Shown here: positions 32,727 to 42,586 of the stretch, piece after piece
Layout of the letters: each line of letters starts with the position of its first letter
How positions within the stretch are numbered: the stretch's first letter is position 1
Virus record (IMG/VR): IMGVR_UViG_3300028914_000064
Location: 62,092-126,091 of that record
DNA length: 64,000 nt
Direction: 5' to 3' (one strand)
Origin: a virus
Taxonomy: Duplodnaviria; Caudoviricetes
Notes under the pieces: generated by a model
The model's database searches: none
Told to the model about the DNA's origin: nothing
The model's input: the letters and a program-made list of their open reading frames with translations, nothing else
Translations under genes and position numbers: made by a program

Positions 32727-34945
32727 AATTTGGATCTCCTTTCACTTATAAACATATATCCTTACTGGATAATCCCCATTCCCATAAGTTGTGTCGCAAC
32801 AAATAATATATTTATCGCTATATAATGGCTTGATAAAATATCTTTTTCCATCTTCACTTATTGGTTTAAAATTCTCTTCTAAATATTTTTCCATTTTCCA
32901 ATCGCATCCACGAGGAAATTCTTTTATAAACCAATCAAAAATTTGACCTGCTCCATAACAATCTAGTTTTGTTAATTTCTTTTCGTCGTAACCTCCATAA
33001 GCTGTTCCCATCCATCTTCCATCCCAACAACCACGAAAATACATTCTCCAATAGTCAAGAGGCTCTTTATCTTTATAGTCACTTTCTTTTGCGTTTTCAA
33101 AACCTAAAAGACATCTGTTTTCATTTACGTATCTTCTTAAATCCGTGTCCTCTAAACCTCTTGAGCATCTAAAAAGTTCTTGATTTGGGGTTCCTTTAAA
33201 ATTTCCGTAGATTATTGAACATTTGCTTGTTTGAATTAATTTATCCATGATATCTCTCCTATCTTAATTCCCAAGTACCTACCTTATTTCCATTTAAATC
33301 CATACAAGAGCCTTCAGAATATCCGCTTTCAAGACGTTTTGTAATTTCCTTCAGAATTCTTATACATTCATTCCTTTCGTATATTGCATTGGGCTCTCCA
33401 GTGCAAGGATCATTAAATGCCGCATTTCCTGTTTTAAATTCGATTTTTAACATCTTTCTTTCCTCCTTTTGTTAAAATGAATATGATTTATTAGTTGGAT
33501 GAACTCCATAAATTCCATCTACAGATGTTTTGAAACCATGGAATCCAAATTTCCCATTTTCTTTAAATCTATCAATTGCAATCTCTAATTCTTCATAGCA
33601 CATCGAATTGTAAGACTGAGAAATAAATCCGATAGTTCCGTTGTACACAAGCCATTCTTGTGATATTAGATGTCCACTCGGACTTTTCTGTCTATATATT
33701 CCAAAATCCTTATACTCTCCTGTCAAAACATATTTGTTGTTATTTAATTCGTCTGGAACATATACTAATTTCTTTAATTCTTTTTTTGGCTTTTCATAAT
33801 AATCGATAAGCAACTTTATTGCATTTTCATCTAGATCAAGATATCTATCATCTGCAACTCTAATTTTAGGTATAAAATATTCATCTTCCTTCATTTTCTT
33901 CAGTGCATTTTTTAAATGCTCCACTTTGTAACTGTCCATATTTTTACTCCTTTTCTTAGCCTACATATGGGATTACTGTTCCGCTTTCTTCTTTTTTACC
34001 TGCCAAGCAATTCCCTTTCCATTCCCATATATTATCATTTACTCTTACAAATGTCGCATAAGTATTTCCTTCTTTCTTTGTACTATGTGGTTCTCCACAT
34101 TGTATATATCCATTACTAAAATTTCTTGGAGGAACACAATTTGCAGCTTCCATCACGATATCTTCTTCAACAAAAGAACCAATAGGTCTGTCGTAAGACC
34201 AATAATCTATATTAAGAACACGCTTTCCGTTATATTCTCTGCATTTTTTAGGCATCTTACCTTCATAAACTGCATCTATTACATAACCTTTTCTACCTTC
34301 CATCCATGGTCTTTTATCGAATTCTTTTACGGCAAGTTCTGCCATTTCTTTATCATGATAAATCTGATGATTACCAACATCAAAAGTATAAGTCTTGCCA
34401 TCCTTATGAATATCATAAACAGCTCTATAGCCCGGAAGCGTAACCCATGTTGGGTCATTCTCTTCAATCACATATCCTTCTTCGACATCTCTATGAGATA
34501 CACAATATTCACCACTATATCCATAATCAAGCGGTTCTCCTACTTTATAATGTCTATAGCTTGCAACTTCAGTTACTCCCTTTTCTGTGAGTACAAAATG
34601 TTTTCCTTTGGTCGCTTTATAATATTCTCTATATTTTTCCATAATCAAATCTCCTTTACTGTTCTTCTCCATTGATGTAAAAATGCGTATCCATTGAGCC
34701 ATTGATATAATATTCTATATCTGCATTTTCATCTTTCTGTTTAATCATTCCTTCAGCAACTTCAAACATTACGTCTACAATACGGTTGCTTAGATTTTGA
34801 AGATTGTCTTCCGATAAACTTTGTTCGAAATTCTTAAAAAAATCTTGCTCCGTATAGCCATAATCTTTTAATATCGCTTCGCATAATCCATAACTTTCTT
34901 TTAACATCTTAGGATAGATATCCATGATATGTAGACTTATCTCGC

Positions 34946-35431
34946 TCATTTCTCAATCTCCTTTAATTTCCTTTCATACTCATCGATCTGTTCCATTGTA
35001 AGCCACTCAGGTTTTTCATCATCTGCAAATGCATTCCATCTCTTTCGCATTTCTTTTATTTGATCTTCTGCGTTTCCGGCCCAAAAGAAATTGTGTGGCA
35101 TATGAATATTATTGTTAATCACATAATCGCAATCGCTTTTCAATCTGCTTAGCATGTTGTAGGCATAAGTCATTTCCTTTGGAAGAGGTTCATAATATGT
35201 CCGTTCATCTCCAACAAGATAAAATGCATCTCCATAAGGGTCATGTAGCTTGATACTTGAAATAAGTTTACCTTTTTCATATGTATTTTTATAAACTACT
35301 CTTTCAGTATTTGCTGCTTCATATATCACCTCCTTATCTGTATAATTACTTTCACTTACTTTTCTGATGTAGTTATCAGATATACCTCCTGTTATCTCAT
35401 AATAAGTTCCGTTCATTAACTTTGCTTTCAT
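34946..35431 (-). CDS. LPD11-like domain protein
   Basis: YNMLSRLKSDCDY...WAGNAEDQIKEMRKRWNAF...KPEWLTMEQIDEYE. Confidence 0.7.
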   Translation of the reverse strand: MKAKLMNGTYYEITGGISDNYIRKVSESNYTDKEVIYEAANTERVVYKNTYEKGKLISSIKLHDPYGDAFYLVGDERTYYEPLPKEMTYAYNMLSRLKSDCDYVINNNIHMPHNFFWAGNAEDQIKEMRKRWNAFADDEKPEWLTMEQIDEYERKLKEIEK

Positions 35432-36461
35432 CTTCTACGCCTCCTTTGATAATATTCTCAAGCTCATCTAAATCTTCTTTGCTTATGTTGCACCCATAAG
35501 CATATTGGATTTCTTTTGCTGTTTGCTTTGCTAAAACAATTCTTGTTTTGCCATTAAAGTGACTCTCTCCATCACCTAAACCATTGCAACGTGCTATTGT
35601 ATTAGCAATATACATTTCATCGCAAATCCCATTTATAGAAAATCTTTTTACAATTGCCTTTGCTTTGTCTGAGATTTCTTTTGGTGGTTCTTGGACAAGC
35701 TCTTGCTCATCATCGTTTCCATACTCTCTCTTATACCAATTATGAGTTTCTTTATATCCGATATCATAGCTTTCTTTATCTTGATAAAGTGTAAGCGTTG
35801 TATCACCTTCACAATACGTGTAAATTAAAAACTCTTCGTTGTTGTAAGCATAATAACTATAGCCATTTGTATAATCTCCATACTTACAATTAAGTTTTTC
35901 TATTTCACTTGCTCCATGATTGGTAAAGCCACGCAACATATAATTTCCATTTCTATCGGTATCTTCTTCGTCAAACAAAATATTGATAACTTTACAAGTG
36001 TTTGGTTTGAGTTGTTTGAATCTACTCAAATCTAAAGGGTCAATCGTCACGGCATCTAAATCTGCCTTGTACATTTCAATCGTATATTTAGGATCTTTAT
36101 GTACTTTGCTTGCAAGTTCTTGCATATAATGTTTATAATCATTCCTTTTCATTTGGTATCTCCTTTCCATACTTTATTAGATTTACAAGTTTTTCGTCCC
36201 ACCCCCTATCTTGAGCGCAATCAAATATTGATTCTTCATCAACTTCAATATGCAGTTCGTCATTGTCATCAATCCAAGCGCAAAAAGCATAGTCGTTTAT
36301 TTGAAAACACACTCTGATTCCTTCATTTTTGGTTTCATATGCCGTAATCATCTTGAAATCATCATCAAATCCTTCTATGTCTATGTTCGCTACGAATCTG
36401 TTCAAGAACGCATCAATGATTCTTTGAGTCTCTTGTATAAACATTTCTTATCTCCTTTACT

Positions 36462-36489
36462 AAAAAAGACTATCTTGATAGATAGTCTT
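36462..36489 (-). terminator. Intrinsic terminator
   Basis: AAGACTATCT-TGAT-AGATAGTCTT with minus-strand U tract. Confidence 0.7.
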
Positions 36490-36496
36490 AGTCTTT

Positions 36497-36826
36497 TTAA
36501 AGCTCTTTTAATTTGTTAAGGTCAAACTTATATAACGGATATAAACAATATCCACTTGGTAATTCTATTCCTGTAAATTCACCAAGTTTATTTTCCTTTA
36601 TGAATTCCACAGCCCATGGACAATTATTTACATCAACAAATGCTTCATTTTTTTCAAGCCCTTTATAATTTAAGTTGACTGTAAGTGTCGCAAATGGCTC
36701 TTCTATTTTCCATTCTTCATTTAGGCTGAATAATTCGATGGCAAGATTATTATCACTACAATACGTACTGATTTCTATTCTTGTTATCTCATATTCCCCA
36801 TAGTTTGTTTTTATTTTCATTTCCAT
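36497..36826 (-). CDS. DUF4313-like protein
   Basis: NNLAIEL...EPFATLTVNL...AFVDVNN...FIKENKLGEFTG...SGYCLYPLYKFD. Confidence 0.75.
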   Translation of the reverse strand: MEMKIKTNYGEYEITRIEISTYCSDNNLAIELFSLNEEWKIEEPFATLTVNLNYKGLEKNEAFVDVNNCPWAVEFIKENKLGEFTGIELPSGYCLYPLYKFDLNKLKEL

Positions 36827-36910
36827 TCTCCTTTCATTGAAACGTATATGAATATTTGATAAAATGCTTATAAGGATTAATGAGTGATGTAATCCTCCTC
36901 GTGACTGGAG

Positions 36911-36940
36911 AAAAGCGTGAGATTTTTATCTCATGCTTTT
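36911..36940 (-). terminator. Terminator-like stem-loop
   Basis: AAAAGCGTGAGAT-TTTT-ATCTCATGCTTTT. Confidence 0.65.
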
Positions 36941-39900
36941 CGTTTTTACCATAATTCATTTGAAAGTACTTCTCTTAGCTCTTCGATTGCTTTTTTTAAG
37001 TCCTTGACTTTTTGATCTACGAGATAATCATTTGTGTATTCGTTCGCTTTATCTAAGACTTCATTTGCATGTGGAAGCAAATACCATAGAGCAAACGAGG
37101 GACATTTAATTTTATCAAGTTCATTTGCTAATTCACAAAATTCTTTTTTCATATCAATCACTCCCACCATCCATTAAATTGTGGCTTATCTTCCTTTTTC
37201 ATAAGATATCCACGTTCTTCGTCATAAAAATATTCATCGCCATTACTCCATTCAAGACATTTCATACCGTCTTTTTCTTTTACAGATACGAGCAGAATTC
37301 CTTGCGTATCCATTTCCATTTCAAGTTCCATACATGCCATATTAAAACTACATTCGCTATAAATCATTCTCAAATTTGTCTTACTATCAAATACAGCTGT
37401 TACAAATTTTCTCATATTATTCTCCTTCAATTACTGTTAAAACATCAATTTCCTTTTCTGTAATTTCCGTTATATCAAAAGTTCCATAATGTACTAAGAC
37501 ATTTCCGCAATTACCACCTACAACAAATTCGTCTGGATAGTATATCCAAGAATGGTCTTTCCGTTCACGGATATTATCTCCATCCCATTCATAATTATTT
37601 TCCATATCAAGTATGTTTCGCCTATCATTTTCAACAAGCCAATCAATAAGTATATCTGTTAATGCTCCATAATCTGTTGTGGGGCGGTCAACTTTTACCA
37701 CATAGCTTTGAAGCCACATAGTACCATTTCCGTAACTGATTTTATAATATGTTGGCATATCAATTCTCCTTTCAAAATACCTTTTTCATTGTTTACATTC
37801 ATATAACGTAGGGTCAACTTCTTCACACCATTCACACTCAAGAATTGGCTCTCCATCTTCTGATATCCACTCTTCCTTTTCTTCGTCGTAATCTATGAAT
37901 TGTTCAATTTGTTCTCCGACATATATTTTTTCTCCTCTGCTTTGTATCGCTTCAATACAGTATTTGCATAATATCATTTTTCTTCCTCCTCAAATTTTAC
38001 AGACCCGGAAAATGCAGCACTTGAAAATCCGTAAACATCACTTACATCGTATCCTCTTCCGTTCGCTTCACTACAATCAATCCATACATCAAATATATCT
38101 TTCGTTGATATCACAACATCATTTTCAAGTTCAATTTCAAGTGTGCTTCCGCCACCGCCCCATATATCATATAGTCCACACATTGCATTTTTAGTGACGA
38201 TGAATTTATTTTCACCTTTCCGTTTGTCATATTCATAATCATCATTTGCTTTTTCATCTGCCTTTATCAACTCTTTTAGCTTAAAGAAATCAAATAACGG
38301 CATCTGAACACAGAAGATAAGTGTGTTCATGTGACTTGTTGCATTAAGAAGTTCATCTCTTACAGAAAGTGTGAACTTTGAAAATTCGTCATCTTTATAA
38401 CTGTTGACCTCTCCTTCTTGCTCAAGCTCTATTATCCGTTTAACTTCTTCGAGCTTACCTTGCTGTTTTGCAAGCCAATAGATTGGTGAGATTTCTTCGA
38501 ATTCTCCACCGTAGAAGTTGAGCATGTTGCATTTCGTAAAGTCATAGTTCATGTCTCCTACATCGAGTGAGACTACAACTTTTGCATTCTTGTTGAAATG
38601 CTCTTCAGGCATGTACCAACTACAATGCTCATCTATCCATTCTCTTACTTCGTTTTCATCATAATCTTCAAGTTCGCTTGTGATAGTTTTATACAATTCT
38701 GGGTAATAATAATCCTCTGCATTTATGCACCATTCACTCATCATATCTTCAAATTCCGTTCGAGGATCTTGAGCTCGTGATATTTTTGTTAGTTCTTCTT
38801 TGCTTAATTCATCATCATAATTGCAGAACACTTCAAACTCAAAGTGGTCTCCATCTCGCTTATCAAAATAACATTTTTCCTCAACTATCTTTTCAATCGT
38901 TTTCATTTTGCGCTCTCCTTTTCTTCAATTTTTTCTTGGATTTTTTTAAGTGCAAGTAATGTTTCGTGGTCATCTGCAAGTTCCTTTGCATCATAATTTC
39001 TGTTGTTAAGCCAAACATTTGTGATTCCTAATTTCGGTTGCTTTTCAAGTATGTTTACAATTGTATCTGTTAAACGTTCAATCTGATTATCAAAAAGCAA
39101 GCTCATGTCAGGAGCTATATCTCCGCTAATCACATGTAATTTCGCTTGCCATTCTAAAAATATTTCGTCTGTTGCATCTGTAAGCGCTTTTATTATTTCG
39201 TTTTTCATATCCATTTCGTTTTTCCCTTTCTTTGTTTCCTTTTTTACATCGATATCACGTACTCCTTCTGCCATTTCCTTTATAAGTTCAAGACTATTTG
39301 TTTCATACAAAAATATGACTTCTGAATCTTTTTCGATTACAAACATATATCGATTTTCATTCGCGGATTCCCTTTTATAAAAATCTTCATATTCTTGCCA
39401 AATATAAACAATAATACTTTCATCCGCGCTTCTCTTTTCTGCGTGAGGGCAAACATCATTGTGCCATGAATTATCTATCCATCCTTTTGGAAGATAAAAA
39501 TCTCCATCATAATTTGGAAATTCAATTAAATATTGCGGTTTTTTTATTCTCACGCTCCATTCTTTTTTCTCCATTGAATATTTGTCTTCGAGAACATCTT
39601 CACGACTTATATCGCAATTATCTGAGGGGAAAGGAAAGTTTTTATTTCCGTTGGTAGAAAGTTTGTTTGCAAGTTCTTTATCATCACGTTTAAGTGCTTT
39701 TACAAAAACCCTTTCTGCATAGGCTTCAAAATGCGTTCCTTCTAAGTCCTCTTGTTCAATAAATTGATTTCTTCCGTTCAATTCTGAACAAAGACCATTA
39801 TCTCCATATTTTATATATCCGCATTCTTTCCCATCTTCGTACAAGCTAAATTCATGCCAATTTCCAATAATGCTTTCTCCGTTGAAATTCCATCCATTCC

Positions 39901-40192
39901 ATTTGGCTGTTATATTACCAACTTCGATTTGTTCTAATATCTCTTTCATGTTACTCATCTCCTTTTTTAGGTAATTGATATACTTCTACAATTGAGTCAT
40001 CAAATATTTCTTCAGTTCCCTTATTGTCCATTATAACAAGCAATTTATCTCCAATATTATAACTTTCCGTTCCGTAAAATGCCCATGAATTTCCTTCTGT
40101 ATCATTACATGTGACAATTTCCGTTTTCGTTTCGATGTTTGCCACTGTCATTAAATTTGGGTAATAAATACCCAATAAGAATAGAGTAATTA

Positions 40193-40477
40193 TTATTCCT
40201 CGCATTTTTCACACTTCCTTTCTGCACGACATATTCCATGCTCTACATCATCGTACATTTCCCTTGAATAATTTGTCGGTCCAATACTTTCATAGTGCTT
40301 GCAACCAATACAACCATCACAGAAGTACATTACGTTTCCCTTTTCCCTTTCTAGCTTTCGCTTATTTTCTTCTGCTTGAAGTATATATTTCCATTTCCCT
40401 TCTTCCTCCTCTTCCATACATCTTTGATATTCTGCTACACATCCATATACTCTTTCTATTCTTGTTAAATCATCCAT
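40193..40477 (-). CDS. Hypothetical protein with C-terminal Cys cluster; likely start MDDLTRIE at 40477
   Basis: GGAAAAGG RBS-like tract; the upstream part of the called 142-aa ORF overlaps a better ORF in another frame. Confidence 0.6.
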   Translation of the reverse strand: MDDLTRIERVYGCVAEYQRCMEEEEEGKWKYILQAEENKRKLEREKGNVMYFCDGCIGCKHYESIGPTNYSREMYDDVEHGICRAERKCEKCEE

Positions 40478-40508
40478 TTTCCTTTTCCCTTTCCCTTCTG
40501 AATTTCCC

Positions 40509-40655
40509 TTACTGATCCACGCCCAAACCGCAACAATTTCTGCATAATTCGTCTTCGTATCCACAATAATCTTCTGCATATGGACATTTATATTCTTTGA
40601 TTTCATTTCCATTTTCGTCATATTTGATTATTGGAATGTCGCATGGTGTATTCAT
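40509..40655 (-). CDS. 48-aa Cys-rich acidic peptide (not in ORF track)
   Basis: MNTPCDIPIIKYDENGNEIKEYKCPYAEDYCGYEDELCRNCCGLGVDQ; AAAGGAGA RBS. Confidence 0.7.
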   Translation of the reverse strand: MNTPCDIPIIKYDENGNEIKEYKCPYAEDYCGYEDELCRNCCGLGVDQ

Positions 40656-40803
40656 ATAATTATCTCCTTTCAATTTGACCATAAAACGTTGTTTCCGTAA
40701 TTTACTATTACTGATATGTCAGATAATTATAAATTGCCTTTTTGTTATTCTGTTACGTTATATGTAGTTTATATATGATTATCATTTCCCTTTAGGAAAT
40801 GTA

Positions 40804-40869
40804 AATGCTCCATGCGGAATCGAACCGCATCACGTGACGCAACGTAACGTGTTTTGCTTTTGGAGCATT
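40804..40869 (-). ncRNA. tRNA-like element lacking a D-arm (3' flank of the large RNA)
   Basis: AATGCTCCA/TGGAGCATT acceptor-like stem; TGCGG-TTCGATT-CCGCA T-arm; CACGTTACG-TTG-CGTCACGTG hairpin. Confidence 0.75.
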
Positions 40870-41925
40870 GGTGACTAACCCATATACAGTCAAGCCGACA
40901 TTTGCTTTCGCTTAAAGTAGTGCTAACGGCTTACTACTTACACACACCCTTTCCCTTCCTTGATTTCCCTCACTCTATTCGGAGCTTCCGTGTGTGTCAC
41001 TGTTTAACGTCAGACTGAGACGGTCATACTCGTGTGCAACGGATTAACATGACATAAACCGTTTATGAGAGCATAAGCTACTCATCCGAGAACTAGTCTT
41101 ACGACATGGGGATTGTTCCATGTCTGCTAAACTGATTACAATACACACTATAGACTTATTCACCTACTCTACGGACACTTTAAGTATTTGCTTGAGACTT
41201 ATTCCTTCACGCTCAAAGAGCTTGGCTCAATCGTACACTTAAAGCACCATGACAGAGTGATTTACTCGTATGGTTATCTGACCCTCTGTCAACGCTGAAT
41301 ACCCTCGAACAAACAGTATCTATACGTGTTTCATAACCTTTTATGACGTTCGGCTGTGTCAATCGCCTACTTCGTATTTTCCACGGAGTACTTTAACATA
41401 GCATATCTTACGCGCAACCACTTTTCTTCTCGCGTTATCATCCGCCCACATTTGGCAACGTGTGTTGAGACCTACTTAACCGTGGGACGAGCACTCATAC
41501 TCGCCGTGCCACTATCTTTAGCCCTTCTCCTAAGCTATGCTTAGAAGGTGCTACGTGCTACTTACTAATCCACTCGATGAAGCGTTGCCACGCTCACATC
41601 TTGCTGTTAGCTCATCTATAGACGTGTATCACAACTACGCTTACCTCCTTTCATCGTCTTATATTCGGACTCACGTTAATAATCACAGTAGGTGTATCTG
41701 CTACGTTTTCTCGCTTGTTCGTGACGGTTATACTGCGTTTATCGTGTTGTGCTTACTTGAGATATCTTGTATCCCTCTCGCCTTTATCCTCGAGCGAACA
41801 CTGACTAACCTTTATAGTTATAGAGTTTTATTTGTATGTGGAATGCTACATACGGAGCTACGTTGGTATCGGTTACGTATCAAACCTCTTTTATACAAGT
41901 GCCTAACGTTACTTGTGGAACGTAA
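40870..41925 (-). ncRNA. Putative giant structured non-coding RNA (~1.05 kb)
   Basis: No credible ORF; GC ~40-50% in sampled lines vs ~25-30% in flanks; more than 12 helices, several with G-U pairs favouring the minus strand; flanked by two tRNA mimics. Confidence 0.72.
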
Positions 41926-41971
41926 TTTGCGCTACGGAATCGAACCGTATAAATGCCCTTTACAACGCAAA
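41926..41971 (-). ncRNA. 46-nt tRNA minihelix-like element (5' flank of the large RNA)
   Basis: TTTGCGT/GCGCAAA 7-bp acceptor stem stacked on TACGG-TTCGATT-CCGTA T-arm with a 15-nt linker. Confidence 0.75.
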
Positions 41972-41995
41972 AAAAGAAGTGATTAAAAAAAATCC

Positions 41996-42025
41996 AAAAA
42001 TAGAAGGGCTTTTTAGCCCTTCTAT
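41996..42025 (-). terminator. Intrinsic terminator after first early gene
   Basis: ATAGAAGGGCT-TTTT-AGCCCTTCTAT perfect stem with minus-strand U tract. Confidence 0.75.
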
Positions 42026-42034
42026 GCCATTTTT

Positions 42035-42472
42035 TTAATTTTTGTTATAATTCATTGCTTTATCTCGCCCTTTTTGTACCCATTCTTTAGGAACGACAAG
42101 CCCTATACCTTTATGCTCTTTTTCAGTCCCTTCTTTAAAAATCATTGTTCTTGTTTCAAGTTTTTTAAACTGTGCTAACGTCCCACACCAAGCACCTTTG
42201 CGGTTATTATCACGTAAAGCAGTGTTCCAAAAAAAGCCAACGGATTTAATTAACTCTTTAGCGCCATTCCGTCCGTCGCCATAGCCAAGCAAAAAAGCTT
42301 TTTGCCCTTTAACTGTTACCATCTCGAGTTCTATACACTCTTCTTTAAGCTCTTTAACGATAGGTTGTTTGACTTTGGTTTTAGTTCCTAGTTTAATAAG
42401 TGCTTGTAATAATTCGTCCCTCTCATCATCAGTAAGTAACATTATGCTTCCTAACAATTCAAGTTTGTTCAT
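42035..42472 (-). CDS. First early gene, hypothetical (KE.IK..GF.W...K.AW motif)
   Basis: 145-aa ORF with GGAAGGTGG RBS; AKELIKSVGFFWN...KGAWCG. Confidence 0.75.
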   Translation of the reverse strand: MNKLELLGSIMLLTDDERDELLQALIKLGTKTKVKQPIVKELKEECIELEMVTVKGQKAFLLGYGDGRNGAKELIKSVGFFWNTALRDNNRKGAWCGTLAQFKKLETRTMIFKEGTEKEHKGIGLVVPKEWVQKGRDKAMNYNKN

Positions 42473-42558
42473 AATAAAACCACCTTCCTAGCTGTTTAAC
42501 AGCTTTAAAAATATAAAATTATAAAAGTTCAAAGTAGTGACAAAGCACCACAGCCACT

Positions 42559-42586
42559 AGTTTAAATCGACAATAAAAAATGTCAA
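42559..42586 (-). promoter_or_regulatory. Candidate sigma-A promoter of the early (leftward) arm
   Basis: TTGACA (42586-42581), 16-nt spacer, TAAACT (42564-42559). Confidence 0.55.

Larger units (their letters stand above)
20627..40655 (-). other. Early/host-takeover region: ~55 short, mostly acidic ORFs
   Basis: Uniform orientation, strong RBSs, ORFs mostly 60-350 aa, several intrinsic terminators. Confidence 0.85.

Noticed and set aside
40478-40621. N-terminal 48 codons of the called 142-aa ORF 40193-40621
   Set aside because: Overlaps a better-supported Cys-rich ORF with a strong RBS in another frame; true start likely 40477
41641-41652. 16S rRNA 3' end (ACCTCCTTT) on plus strand
   Set aside because: Lacks GGATC context and helix 45; no other rRNA motifs nearby
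40804-41971. Canonical tRNA genes, tmRNA, or group I/II intron
   Set aside because: Mimics lack D-arms and proper anticodon loops. Each acceptor stem closes locally rather than joining the two ends as in tmRNA. No interrupted host gene, GUGYG 5' end or domain V recognised. Rfam search still needed.
41356-41986. Plus-strand ORFs 41356-41544 (62 aa) and 41537-41986 (149 aa)
   Set aside because: No RBS, opposite to the orientation of the whole arm, Leu/Cys/Arg-rich composition unlike real genes here; best explained as shadows of the structured RNA
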